NCBI RefSeq assembly: GCF_035084215.1 | Contig: NC_090361.1 | Span: 2,108,001-2,172,000 of the forward strand | Reading direction: 5' to 3' | DNA from: Heptranchias perlo | Lineage: Eukaryota | DNA: 64,000 nt | Shown here: positions 32,001 through 47,000 of the stretch, one piece after another | Numbering within the stretch: the stretch's first letter is position 1 | Layout of the letters: every line of letters starts with the position of its first letter | Translations under genes and position numbers: made by a program | The notes under the pieces: generated by a model | Database searches by the model: none | Told to the model about the DNA's origin: nothing | Seen by the model: only the letters and a program-made list of their open reading frames with translations

Positions 32001-35000
32001 GTCCAAGATACTGCTGGGATGGCATCGGCCCCATGGGCATCATAGGCGGCTTCATCTGCGCCTGTGCTATTTCAGAATTCAGTCCTGCAAGGGCCATAAA
32101 TGCTAATGGTGAGAAGATGGCTTAATTAAAATCAAGATTAAGAAGGAAACCCCGATTAAAACAAAGGTAAGTGTTGAATCAAATCATCCTCCACCAAGCC
32201 AGAATGTAACAGGGGAAGGTAGACTAAAGTGATGTCTATTGGTAATTGTAGTAATATAGCAGACATCAGACTTCTGCAATTCACCTCCATTGCTGTTTAA
32301 AAATCAATCTGCAATGTGCTACAGCACAATGCAGCAACAGAAGAGGCCAAGTCCTCTTGGCTTTTAAAGCATAACACATTCGCTCTATAATGGACAGGTG
32401 GGATACAACATCTCACTGATCGCAGCCTGGTTGATGGAAGGTGTCAACCTAAAGCCAATCCCTCAACCAAAGAGAAGCTGAGGAGAAAAAAAAGACACAA
32501 TCTTAAGTCTGCTCTTGTGGACCTCAATTTTGGCCATTGATGGAGATAGGCAGACAACTGGCATTATGGTTCCAAATCAATTCATGGCCAGAAGTGGTAT
32601 TTGGTAAAGAGAGAAAAATAAGATAGATATTAAAAAAAACACTCCATAGCTTCTAGTTATTACAACAGTTTGGATTAGAACAGTTGACATGGAAACATAT
32701 TGGGGATGCAAGGGCAAAGTGGGAATAGGTTCAGTGGTTCCTGAGACCGAAGCTGAGTTACAGAATTATACATACCTGTGGGCGATTCCCCAAGAAGTCC
32801 CTTTCCTGGTTGTGGAGGGGCTCCGAGCCCTATCGGGTTTTGCTGCAAAGCTGCAAGAGGAGATTCACCCAGAATCCCAGGCTTCTGTAAACATACACAC
32901 ATAGACAATACCGTTCTCTTATTTGAAGATGAAATGCTCAGTTTAATTGGTTACCGGGATAATGGATGCAGAAGTATTGCCTTCAATCTGATTCAAACGT
33001 ATGGCTGTGCAAATTACTAGAACACAGTGGAAAGTAGAACCCAAGTAAAAGGGAATTTCCAACAACTCCCCATCTCATTTATCTGACATAGAATCCCTCT
33101 TAGTTTTAGCCTCTAATCTCTCTCTTCACCCCCCCACCCCGCTCTGAATTTCACTTTTCTTTGCACCAAATATTCTTTTTCTCCTTCCTACATCTCCTTA
33201 TGTTGAAATTAAAATTATTTGCAGAGCCTCCTGCTCAACTCAATCTTTTGCAAATCATAACTGTGGGAAATCCTTAACCCTCGGTCTTCCTATTCATCCT
33301 ACATTCTTCAGTCTTTTAAAGCCCGAGCTTGGATCACCTAGTCATTAGCTCCCGATTTAACTCACCGATCCTTATCCTCCACCTTTTCCAAACACATTTG
33401 TATGCTACACCGTAAGCCTACTCCGACACCTGAGTCTCTCGCTCCATCATTTAAAAACATGATGCACAGCGACATCACAGAATGGTAAGAAGCAGGGGGA
33501 GGTGGGCTCTCCATAGTTGAATAACCCATCAATATTCACTGTCAAGGTTCCTATATGACGTTTCAAAGGGGAGCAAGGCCCATGAAACGGCAGCCTAGCA
33601 AGAAGGCAACGATATTCTGAATGATATCGGATGTCACTGATCTGCTCATCCTCATCAACTGATTTTATGCAGTCGGTCTTTTAATTTGGATTTCAGGAGA
33701 CTGACACCTGTGAACTCACATTTACACTGCTAAATCCAGCACACAGTTTCTTTCCCACTGCGAGTAGGATTTAGCGCAATATTAAGTGCCAGCTCATGGA
33801 CGCCAATGCCTTGGAATCTGAATTAAAACAGCATCAATGTAGAAGCAGCAACTGACTTGCAGCTCATTAATCCCTGTGAACTTTTCATCTTGCACACTTC
33901 ACTTGCTAAACTGGACTCAGTTTTTGCAAAGCCAGCTGATTATGGAGCAACGGTCATGGTGGGGGGGGGGCAACAAAGGCAAAGGGGGCATGGTATGAAA
34001 TGCATGGACAAACTAAGTGCAAATGGGGGGGGGGGGGGGGGGGTAGGGGATTAGAAGAATGGTGTTAACTGACACCATTCTGACTCAAAACACCAAGTAT
34101 TATTTCTAATACAGTTACAATAGGGAAAACTTCTTGGTAATGGAAAACAAGTGATGTGGGATTGGCGGGGGGAAGGGGGTGGGGAGAGAAGAGAAAGAGG
34201 GGGAGAAAAAGAGAAGAGACGGGCAAAATTCCACAGACACAGAATTATGGAGCAGGAGAGGCCCTGACTGCAGTTAACGTGACACGTGGCCTGATATCCG
34301 TCACTAGTGGGGTACTACGCCACTATCAGTTGTTCTCCTGCCAGAAGTTTTCACAAAAGTCAGTTTCACATCATTGAAGGCAGAGCTTGCCCAGACTGCA
34401 CAGCGAAACCTTTTTAGAATTTGATTAAAGTCATGTACATTTTTCTTTGAGTATGAGTAAATTGCACCTTCGATGTGAAATGGATTCTCAATTTGTACAA
34501 GTAGAGGGAGAAACAGATAAAGGAGGCAGAGTAAGATTAAAAATGAAGGGGGGGGGAGTGGGGGGTGGAGAAAAGAGAAAAGCAGAAAGCAAATCATTTC
34601 ACATGCCAGGCAACCCATTGTATTTCAATGGAATCCTGCACAACCCTGCAAAAGTCATGGAAGCAATTTTTTTTCTTGTATGAATGACAATGTGTGATCC
34701 ATACAATTTCACTGACTCAAGATCAGAATAATTTGACTTTAATTTTTTCTGTTCAATAAAACTGAATATATTTTCAACAGCATAAGTGATTACAGTGACT
34801 ATTACTCACCATTACTGACCAACAGCCACAATGAGCCCTTTCTCAGTCATAGTAATAATTGATACTTGGTTTCTTCAACTTTTCTTCCAATTATTTGTAC
34901 CAAGTAAGCCAAACTATCATCCACTTAATCCGAATAAAATTGTGCAGCCAGGCTAAAATTAATGTGATCAGTACGTACTGTAAATAAAATAAAGGCAAAC

Positions 35001-38000
35001 CCTAACACGACAATCTATTTGTTGTGGACTTACATTGAGGAATGCCTGGTTCTCCTTATTTTGCATCAGCTGGGTCCGAACCAGGTTCTGCAGAAAAACT
35101 GGGTTCCCAAGCAAAGCATTCTAGGACAGAACAAGTGTAGGGGGAAAATGGGGAGCGGCAGAGAATGAAAGATCAGTCATTACATGAACAGATAAACAGA
35201 AGAGTGCAAGAAAAATAGTAAAAGCTATCAAATTCCATAGCGAGAAGAAAAAAAAGACACCTTATTTAATAGGTCCCAATAAACTATTCACCATCCTATG
35301 AATTCTGAAAGCAAGAGACAGAGCTATACAGGATATCATTCATATCCATTAACCAACTTTTTACATGACTGAACTAAAGGGGGAGGAGAAGGAGAACTTT
35401 AAACGATATATCCCCATCTGAAACTATATAGGGGTGCTGTCAGGTAAAACAGAGTTTCATTCTTCCTCTCCATTCCAGCAACTTGCTACAGTCCTGTCAT
35501 GTTGGCCCTCAAGGTAACCATTCAACTGATGTGTGAGCTTGTCAGCTGCTGAGTGTTAGTTTTAGTGCTGCACTGTATAAAGCAGTCCATCGTAACACTC
35601 CTGGACTCCCCAACGGCTTGGCGGTATATCCAATACCTGATGGAGTACTGAGCTATAAAGACAAGGATACAGGTTCGATACCTCGTCTGTGCAGGGCGAG
35701 CAACAGAAATGCTGCATTCCGCATCTCACACACACAGGATCAAGTGCTGCTGTGATGCCCCCCATTGTTAAGCAACCTGGTAACATTCACTGTCCAGGTT
35801 CACACTTGATGAACAGCCACACGGACAGTGGAACTACACCCAGTGAGAGTCACTAACCAAGAAAGGAGAGGAAAACTGGAGGCGAAAAGAGACAGACAAT
35901 CAGGGTTGCAGTGTTCTGGTTCCTGGGCAGCACCGGACACATGCCACCTGGGATCAAATTATTCCAGGGAGGTGGAAACAACTTTCCCCTGACAACTGTT
36001 AAGGGTTGAGAGTGAACTGCGTTTGGGCATTCTGGACCAGATTCCTCGAGGAAATTAAATCCACATCAGAGCAGTGGCAGTCTGAACACAGTGATCACAC
36101 TAATCCACTCAGTAGTACCACAGTTATTATACCACAATTCAAAATAATTCTGTAACTGTAACAGACATCTGCGTTCACTCCACTGGTTTACAGAACTACA
36201 GCAATTATAAAAAGATAGATGGGTGGGTGCCTTCAGAGACGTGCAGAAATGTGGAGAAGTTTCAACTATAAATTTATTGGGTCATTCACAGCACAATTAC
36301 TTAAGGCCGACTTGACTTTTGTAATCAATGGAATGACAGGGGGCTGATTGTGTTGCTATGCAATCAGTCACACATCACTTGCATGAGAAAGCCCTTGTGT
36401 AAGGCTCCAAGGTGGCTCTAACTTCACCATGTGGAAGAAGTTGTGCAATCTCATTGTATTTATGATAAGGATAGACAGCAAGCCAGCAGAAAAAAAACAC
36501 ATTGATATGCTTGGGAAAGATGCTTAGAGGTCAACGTACGAGCAGGCGAGTGCTCACTACTGCATGTGACCTAGAAGTTTGATTCTAATTACTGGATGTA
36601 AAGTAGGGAGAAAAAGATCAACGCTGATGGTGCATAGGTTGGGGTGGGGGGAGGGGAGAAAAAAAGTTAGGAGAGAAAAAGTATAAACAGGCCAGCTTGA
36701 TGCCTTATCAAGTTATAGTCAAGCAACTGGGTCTTCATTAATTTAATTGAAGTGAACAATCAAATACTTGCATCATCTAAAGTAAAAACATTTGCCTATA
36801 GAAGCCCCATTGCACACACCATACAACTGCTGATACACTAGGGTTATGGTGCATACTCTGGGTTTTAAAGTTCTATACTAACATATACAACCTGCCATTC
36901 TCCCACAGACTAACACCCACCAGAACATGCTCATTACAATGAGGCAATAATGACAGAATGTCTGGGTGACTGATGTGTTTCAATAGTGTTGGTTTTGACA
37001 CCAGCTCATGGCGAGATGTCAAAGGCACAGGGGTGACCCAAACCCACATTCACTAAAGTCTTGAAATTCATTCAAAATGTTAGTTGTATACAACTAATAC
37101 TTTCCAATTGAGAGTACAGACTACAGTGCAAGTGGCACACCTGAGACAGGAGAATATTTCTGGAATCATCCTTCTAAGAAAGCTTTCCCTCACTGATTTG
37201 GTAGATAAGTGCATGCAGGCCACAATGTCCCAGGTTCAATTGCCAGTCTGTATGAATTAGTTGATCTCAGCCAGACTCAGCCCCCTTCCACAAGGGAGGA
37301 GCAACAGAACACAAGTCAGGGCTGCCGGACCCAGTCAGTGTCCAGTGACCATGCTGAAAAGTGCGTGTCCAGTCAGTCCAGAATGGGGCTCAGCTGTGAT
37401 GCTCTCCACAGTCAAATACTCTGCCATCACTCACCATCTAGGCTCACACCTGTCGACTGGTGCGTCCAGAAACCGTGTCTTGGTATGACTTCACAAAGAG
37501 GGGAGGAAATTGGGGGAAGGGGAGCCATTGTAGACTGACATAGTAGAGCCATTACAACATTTAACCTCAGAACGAACCAATCTCCAAGTACTCAAAGAAA
37601 TTTTCCACTCCATTAAAGAACTCACAAATAAAGGTTAGAAACAATGCTGCACACTTTTTAAAAAAAAAGTAGCTGCAAAATGTAGGAAGTCTGCAAGGAA
37701 GGGAAAGCAAAAGCAAGTAATGGAATGGAAAATGTATCCATTTTGGTACAGTACATCCTACACATGCTAGGTACATGCTGCTAGTTCTGTTGTGTAATTT
37801 CTGCACAACACTGATTTGCAAGACGACCAACATACAATGAGCTCATACACTTCATCTGACAATCCACAAGGCCGCTGCATACTGAATTAAATATTTTAAA
37901 TTTCCTAAAGTGCACGTACCATGGTCGACCGCTTTTAGCCTACTGCATTGAAATCACATTCTAAGAAGAGTAGTTCCCGGAGGGTTTAGATTAATATGAT

Positions 38001-41000
38001 TGGATTTGGATTAATGACAGGGGAGAGGAGTCGACTACATCATACTGTCACACCCTAAATATCAAAAGGAAGAGTTGCCACATTTTATCAGCACTGTCCA
38101 ATCCCATCCCAGTTTGTTTTTGGAGAGAGAACAGCAAACGCTGGAGATGCCCAGATCATTCAGCATCTGAAAAAGGTACGTTTAACATTTCAGACGGGTT
38201 CCTTCAGGACACAGTTAAGACGGATTATGTGTATTCCTCTGATGGGTCACACCTGAAACATTTAACCCATCTTTCTCATTCGGATACTTATCAACCTGCT
38301 GGGCATCTTGTGTCAGATTTCCAGTATTCATTCAAGTTTTTTCTTTTTATCTCCATTTGGCAACAAGATACCAAACTCAGCACTGTCAAGCCAATGGGCA
38401 GGGAGCAACATGTCCCATTTGTACCATATTATAGAGGGGCTTAGTTTACAAACAATCTGGACAGAAATCTGCAGGACAATCTTCCCACAGTTAAATATAG
38501 AATCATAGAAGTTACAACATGGAAACAGGCCCTTCGGCCCAACATGTCCATGTCGCCCAGTTTATACCACTAAGCTAGTCCCAATTGCCTGCACTTGGCC
38601 CATATCCCTCTATACCCATCTTACCCATGTAACTGTCCAAATGCTTTTTAAAAGACAAAATTGTACCCGCCTCTACTACTGCCTCTGGCAGCTCGTTCCA
38701 GACACTCACCACCCTTTGAGTGAAAAAATTGCCCCTCTGGACCCTTTTGTATCTCTCCCCTCTCACCTTAAATCTGTGCCCCCTCGTTATAGACTCCCCT
38801 ACCTTTGGGAAAAGATTTTGACTATCGACCTTATCTATGCCCCTCATTATTTTATAGACTTCTATAAGATCACCCCTTAACCTCCTACTCTCCAGGGAAA
38901 AAAGTCCCAGTCTGTCTAACCTCTCCCTGTAAGTCAAACCATCAAGCCCCGGTAGCATCCTAGTAAATCTTTTCTGCACTCTTTCTAGTTTAATAATATC
39001 CTTTCTATAATAGGGTGACCAGAACTGTACACAGTATTCCAAGTGTGGCCTTACTAATGTCTTGTACAACTTCAACAAGACATCCCAACTCCTGTATTCA
39101 ATGTTCTGACCAATGAAACCAAGCATGCCGAATGCCTTCTTCACCACCCTATCCACCTGTGACTCCACTTTCAAGGAGCTATGAACCTGTACTCCTAGAT
39201 CTCTTTGTTCTATAACTCTCCCCAACGCCCTACCATTAACGGAGTAGGTCCTGGCCCGATTCGATCTACCAAAATGCATCACCTCACATTTATCTAAATT
39301 AAACTCCATCTGCCATTCATCGGCCCACTGGCCCAATTTATCAAGATCCCGTTGCAATCCTAGATAACCTTCTTCACTGTCCACAATGCCATCAATCTTA
39401 GTGTCATCTGTAAACTTACTAACCATGCCTCCTAAATTCTCATCCAAATCATTAATATAAATAACAAATAACAGCAGACCCAGCACCGATCCCTGAGGCA
39501 CACCGCTGGACACAGGCCTCCAGTTTGAAAAACAACCCTCTACAACCACCCTCTGTCTTCTGTCGTCAAGCCAATTTTGTATCCAATTGGCTACCTCACC
39601 TTGGATCCCGTGAGATCTAACCTTATGTAACAACCTACCATGCGGTACCTTGTCAAAGGCTTTGCTGAAGTCCATGTAGACCACATCTACTGCACAGCCC
39701 TCATCTATCTTCTTGGTTACCCCTTCAAAAAACTCAATCAAATTCGTGAGACATGATTTTCCTCTCACAAAACCATGCTGACTGTTCCTAATTAGTCCCT
39801 GCCTCTCCAAATGCCTGTAGATCCTGTCCCTCAGAATACCCTCTAACAACTTACCCACTACAGATGTCAGGCTCACCGGTCTGTAGTTCCCAGGCTTTTC
39901 CCTGCCGCCCTTCTTAAACGAAGGCACAACATTTGCTACCCTCCAATCTTCAGGCACCTCACCTGTAACGGTGGATGATTCAAATATCTCTGCTAGGGGA
40001 CCCGCAATTTCCTCCCGAACTTCCCATAACGTCCTGGGATACATTTCATCAGGTCCCGGAGATTTATCTACCTTGATGCGCGTTAAGACTTCCAGCACCT
40101 CCCTCTCTGTAATATGTACACTCCTCAAGACATCACTATTTATTTCCCCAAGTTCCCTAACATCCAAGCCTTTCTCAACCGTAAATACCGATGTGAAATA
40201 TTCATTCAGGATCTCACCCATCTCTTGTGGTTCCGCACATAGATGACCTTGTTGATCCTTAAGAGGCCCTACTCTCTCCCTAGTTACTCTTTTGCCCTTT
40301 ATGTATTTGTAGAAGCTCTTTGGATTCTCCTTTGCCTTATCTGCCAAAGCAATCTCATGTCCCCTTTTTGCCCTCCTGATTTCTCTCTTAACTCTACTCC
40401 GGCAATCTCTATACTCTTCAAGGGATCCACTTGATCCCAGCTGTCTATGCATGTCATATGCCTCCTTCTTCTTTCTGACTAGGGCCTCAATCTCCCGAGT
40501 CATCCAAGGTTCCCTACTTCTACCAGCCTTGCCCTTCACTTTATAAGGAATGTGCTTACCCTGAACCCTGGTTAACACACTTTTGAAAGCCTCCCACTTA
40601 CCAGACGTCCCTTTGCCTGCCAACAGACTCTCCCAATCAACTTCTGAAAGTTCCTGTCCAATACCATCAAAATTGGCCTTTCCCCAATTTAGAATTTTAA
40701 CTTTTGGGCCAGACCCATCATTCTCCATTGCTATCTTAAAACTAATGGAATTATGATCACTGGTCCCAAAGTGATCCCTCACTAACACTTCTGTCACCTG
40801 CCCTTCCTTATTTCCCAAGAGGAGGTCAAGTTTTATATATTCTTATTAGAAAAGCATTACAGCACATTAGACTAACTGAGTCACAGAACTGATGAATTAT
40901 CCAGTTTATGCATATCCATTCCATCATGCAGCAACTAGCCAACTTGAGTGTAACTGTTTTTCCTCCCTTCTGGTGGATATGCAGCACTGATCACTGCATT

Positions 41001-44000
41001 GGTCCAGACCATCATTCTGTGAGCTGGAGTTAATATTTTGCACTTGGCCTGTAACCATTAATCAGCCATTTCAAGCATAGCAGAGCAACGTGAAAACTAT
41101 GGGGAGGTGATTGGATTACTGAAAAACAAGTTCCATTTTGTTGTTCTTTTAAAAATTTGAAACCAAGTTAAATGAAATCTGTGACAAACCAATATGGATG
41201 CAGAATTGCAGAGCTGCACATTTCCACTGATATCACAAGCATCACTTTTACACTCTGAAGCACAGGAACAAGGCAGCACCGACAGTACCAGCAACTGCAC
41301 AAAGCTCTCTTAAGGACAATTAGGACTATAGGAAAAATCTGATGAAACTATGGTAGAAGTTGGTGCTTAAGTTCCGTGACTTCCCGTAACACTGATCTCT
41401 GCCAGCACTGGCATTTAAAGTTGCAACATCCCTGCAAGACAATAGCACAGGTTTGCTCTTCTGGGAGAGGGGATGGAAGGGAAGAGGAGGAAAAAAGAGC
41501 AATGTTATCACCGAAAACACTAAGCCTTCAAAGACAAATGTAATTCCTTCAGTTGCCATTAAATAGCTTCTACGGAAGGTTCAAAGCAAACACTCAACTC
41601 CCCACTAGCCTGTTTACAATTACATACATGTGTATTAGGGGAATTACCTGGGCTTGGGCTGGGTTTTGGCTCTGTAAGACCAATTGCAAGAGGGCTGCAC
41701 TTAAACCAGGATTCCCCAGCAGGGGCATTGATGGCGCAGCTCCCAGAATTCCTAAGGAAAACAAAACATCTTGGTTAGCACCCTTGTTCAGATTTTCCAC
41801 AGCTAAAGTTACTTATTCATTAATGAAATGCTTTCATATATTTGGAAATTAGACGACTGCATCAAAAATTATTAAAACCTATTTTATAGTAATTTATAAA
41901 GAAAGTTTTGGGAGCACAAGATGCACTCCAGGCTGTCAAAAATATAGAAAAGCTTCCTTTTCTGACCTGGAGCACCTGGCATTTGCAAACTTTCCACATC
42001 ATTCAGAAATTAAACTACCACCTAGAAGGACAAGGGCAGCAGACGCATGGGAACATCATCTCCTCCACGTTCCCCTTGAAGTCACACACCATCCCGATTT
42101 GGACATATATCACTGTTCCTTCATCGTCGCTGGGTCAAAATCCTGGAACTCCCTACCAAACAGCACTGTGGGAGCATTTTCACCACACAAACTGCAGCAG
42201 TTCAAGGCAGCAGCTCACAACCACTTTCTCAAGGGCAACTAGGAATGGGCAATAAATGTCGGCCTTGATAGCGTCGCCCATATCCCAAGAACTAATTTTT
42301 TTTTTTAAATCGACAAGGAGTACAGATTCATAGCTCCTTGAAAGTGGAGTCACAGGTGGATAGGGTGGTGAAGAAGGCATTCGGCATGCTTGGTTTCATT
42401 GGTCAGAACAATGAATACAGGAGTTGGGATGTCTTGTTGAAGTTGTACAAGACATTAGTACGGCCACACTTGGAATACTGTGTACAGTTCTGGTCACCCT
42501 ATTATAGAAAGGATATTATTAAACTAGAAAGAGTGCAGAAAAGATTTACTAGGATGCTACCGGGACTTGATGGTTTGACTTATAGGGAGAGGTTGGATAG
42601 ACGGAGACTTTTTTCCCTGGAGAGTAGGAGGTTAAGGGGTGATCTTATAGAAGTCTATAAAATAATGAGGGGCATAGATAAGGTAGATAGTCAAAATCTT
42701 TTCCCAAAGGTAGGGGAGTCTATAACGAGGGGGCATAGATTTAAGGTGAGAGGGGAGAGATACAAAAGGGTCCAGAGGGGCAATTTTTTCACTCAAAGGG
42801 TGGTGAGTGTCTGGAACGAGCTGCCAGAGGCAGTAGTAGAGGCGGGTACAATTTTGTCTTTTAAAAAGCATTTGGACAGTTACATGGGTAAGATGGGTAT
42901 AGAGGGATATGGGCCAAGTGCAGGCAATTGGGACTAGCTTAGTGGTATAAACTGGGCGACATGGACATGTTGGGCCGAAGGGCCTGTTTCCATGTTGTAA
43001 ACTTCTATGATTCTAAGCCCTATTTAAACCACTTCCCAACAAAGTACCTGGCCTGAGCAGTGGGCTTAAAAGGGAAAGGCCAGGTTAGCAGCTAATCAAT
43101 TCTACCCCAAATCAGCCATGCACAACACCATGGTAGACTACCAAGGATAAAAGATGAGCTGCAGCATTGAACATGCAATAATAAAAATACACTTGGAAAG
43201 CTTTAAAATAGAGAAAAGGCAAGGAGTTGGGATTGAAATGCTAGAACCGTCATGTCTAAAAAGGTGAAGTATGCTCGATCGGCCTACTCACGATCTTACG
43301 TTCCCATGACACGGTACTTTTGGTTTTTTTTGGTGGGGGGGGGGTGGTGGCGGCGTCAGGAAGAGGAAAGTTTGAGACTTGTAGAAAATAAAAATTGATT
43401 TAATCTGCATTAAAAATCTTGCTATTGCACACATAGCCTGTCCACAATCTTCTCTTCCTGTTCTCGTGATTTCTGGTTGTGCCTTTTATGTCAACATATA
43501 ACATTGAAAGTGCCTAAGTAATCAGTTACAATGGGAATTCCCTGTGTAAACAGCCTCTGGTGACAGTGATAGTTACAGACTGTGGCCACTTGTAACCTGT
43601 ACCACTGTACCCTGACATATTGCAAGCAACCCCAAGGGAGATACACTAGTTAGGAATAAACACGTCCATCACTGTGGCTCATGTTGGGCCTTGAACCTCA
43701 CCCTGCTGTGCGCCTGTGCCTCCGTGAATTAATGGGTTTAGGAGAAGCTGCAGCGTCGCTGGATTATTGAGGCTGTTCAGAATCTGCACAGGATTCGGTT
43801 CTGGGAGAAGGCCCTTTCCACGGTTCATTGCCTAGGACAAGAATTAAAACAAATAACGGCAAGATTCAACGACTAACTTAACAGTTATTAGAAGCAAGCT
43901 TTGCACTTAGCGAAATACTTCATGGAACATTCATAGGGATTGTATTGGAGTCTTCCCTTCGTAACTGGCATGATTTCTCTTTCCCCCATCCCCCAAAACG

Positions 44001-47000
44001 GGAAATGCAGATGTAAGGAAATCCAGTTCCACAAGCACTGTCAACCCTCTGATACCTTATCTAACGGCCACGTGAGTGAAGACAGTATTTCAACAGGCTA
44101 TTAAATCACGAGGGCATTGTGGTGAAGCAACGTCTCCCTGATCTATAGTATTATCCGTTTTACTCCAATCTGCCATCACTTAAAGCCAGAATGTTAGTGT
44201 TTATGGACTCACCATAGCTTGAGCTGCTATCAGGGCAGGAAGCATGCTCCGCCCTGGGGGTCCAGGTGCACAGAACGAGACCCGAACGTGGTTCCCGCCA
44301 ACCCACAGCCCGTCCATCTCCTGCTGCACTTCCTCCGCATCATCCGCAGCTTCGTATTCAAGGACTGCGAAGCCTCGGAATTGGCCATCAGGTCCCTGCG
44401 CCAGCTACACAAGAGAGGGGTGCAGTCCACAAGAGATTGAGATGGGGTAAGGGGGACAAAAAAAGGAAAGAAAAGCAGACAAATGTAAGTAGATGATCAG
44501 TAATAAACACAATATTCAGTGACAGGTGGTTTGCTTCACTGAAATTCCTAGGGAAAATGATGCAATATTTATCAGCAGGACAATGCATAAAAGCAGTTTA
44601 TTCCACCAGGTGCTGAAGTACATAACCATTTACAATTTGCTAGTGATTGTGACAAGTTCTCCCATCTCCCCCCCAAAAGCACAGTCTTGCTGGGCTTCAG
44701 TTGCACAGGTGCTGCCTGCCCACTGGCCATTCTTTACGTACGAGCTAGGCTGTCAGTCTATTTGACTGTGGAGCATCATAGCAAGCCTGATACGGTCCTT
44801 ATCCAAGTGGAGGCCTTGGCTGATGTTTAACCCTTCTCCGAGCCCAAAGGCCAGCTGCAACCTCAGCAGATTGAGAGCACAAAGTACGTGGTGAAAAGGT
44901 CCTAGAGAGGTGCTGATAAGAATAGGTACTGTTCCCAGCATGTGTCATCCAACTCATCACAGGCCAGGGATTAAAAACGGGAAGATAATTGGTCTGCATG
45001 GCTCAGACTCATCCTGGACTCTGCATTGGTCAGCTGAGCCAGACACCGAGGAGATTAATTCTTGATATAAAAATCGAATCCAGAGCAGTTTCTATGACAG
45101 CAACAAATGCATTTATAAACTGTATTGCGATGATCAAACTAGAAATTCAAACTTATGCTCCTTTTCATGTGGGAAAGTTTGAAATCCCTCTACAAATGTC
45201 ACAATCACTCCTTCCTGAATCCAATACCATCATTTTAATCTTCAATTCTTCACACAGAATTTCTTGTGTTGATGAAAGCTAGCCTGATGTGGCAGTCCAT
45301 CGTGTGAGATGTGGACAGTGGAAAGTGACATTAGTTTTTTTTTGTAGCTAATATAAATGAGTTTTTGTTCACTGCCAACTTAAAATACATCAACTCTACC
45401 CCATAACTAAAGAGAAAGGAGGGGGGATATCAAATTGATGAGTTTGTTTGTAAACTGTAATGCTTAGAGGGACAGGCTGAAACAAACATCCTGTTGCCAA
45501 GTGGCACATAACCAGGACAGGAATGAGGGAAATTGCCATTATCCCAAATCCTATAAAAGGAGTTACAGCACCTATTCTAATCAGCACCTCTCAAGGACCT
45601 TTTTCACACTGTACTTCATGCTCTAAATCTGCTCTTTGAGGCAAGCCTGAGAACAGAGATTGTGTGGAGAGATCCCATTCCCTGGAACTCCCTCCTTAAA
45701 CCTCTCCGCCTTTAACAACCTCTTCCAAACCACATCTCTCTGACCAAGCTTTCAGTCACCACTCCTATTCTCGCCCATCCTGGCTCAGCGTCTTTTTTTA
45801 CCAAAGTCCAATTGAGGTGCCGTGGAGGGGTTCCTTTTGATAAATACAAACTGTTATTGTAGAGACGATCCCCCTGATATTCCACACCAGTGATATGAAT
45901 GTGGACAGTCAGCTGTAGCAAACAATCCCCATTTATGTTACACACTTATATCAAGGGAAAAGGTACATGACGTACTCGTGCCCAGCCAGTCTCTTGCCAA
46001 TAGTGAAACAACAGAAAACACCAACATTCAACTAAAAATGAGTTTCTTTATAGCATTTAGTGATGTCAGGCAATTCAGCAGAAATTAGTTCTTCAAATTC
46101 AACCCACCCCATATCACAAGATGGCCTATAGTAAATCAGTATTAAAGTGACATCTAGCTGTCCAGCAACCAAAACCATTGCGCAAGAGATGGGGCTTGAA
46201 ATAATTGCTGCAAAACCACCAGTGGAAGTGTCACTGGTCTACAGTAAACAATGTGAAAAAAAATCATATTGTTCTTCCAGCAAACAATATAAACCGGCAT
46301 TCGATGAACACTAACTTGCTGGAAGTGGTTTATAAGAAGCCTGCACAAACTCTGCATGTTAGAGCAGTGTGTCAAGACCCTACGGACATGTACCAACTGA
46401 TCCATTAGTCGAGTCAGTGGTCCTGGTAAAGTATTGTCTGAGTTTAACAGACTTAGTTTCTTGCCCTAGCGGTTCCAGTCGTTCACTATTATTTGTCTTA
46501 TTTTCTTCGCTGTATCTACAGCTGAACGATGGCATACCCAGCTCTGCTATCCCACCTGACAGATACGATAAATCTGTACTGATTTATAATTACTGGATCA
46601 TTGTGGGGTAATCCCCCAACCCACCAAACCTTCCCACCGCCTGATACACTATTTCGATGACAGGAAGTGGAGAGCAGACTGCATTTTATGTTACAAATTA
46701 GAGTTCTAAAACAGCACTGGAATAGAAACATCAGTACAAGATAAATCACTTGAGAATCAAAATGCAACATCTGTGCCTCTTTCCATACATGATTAAAAGT
46801 TTGAAATGTGTGCATAAATATTTAAAATAATCACTCATCAATTACCAAACAAGTGCTGAGCATCTGGAGTGGTCAGCAAGGCCTAAAGGTGGAAGGGGGG
46901 GGGGGCGGTGGCTTTTGAGAGGTAGAATAGAAGGAAACTGAAGACATACATCGAGTTAACTTTGTAAGAGCTGGTCAAATAGCAGCATTTTCCCCCCCAA

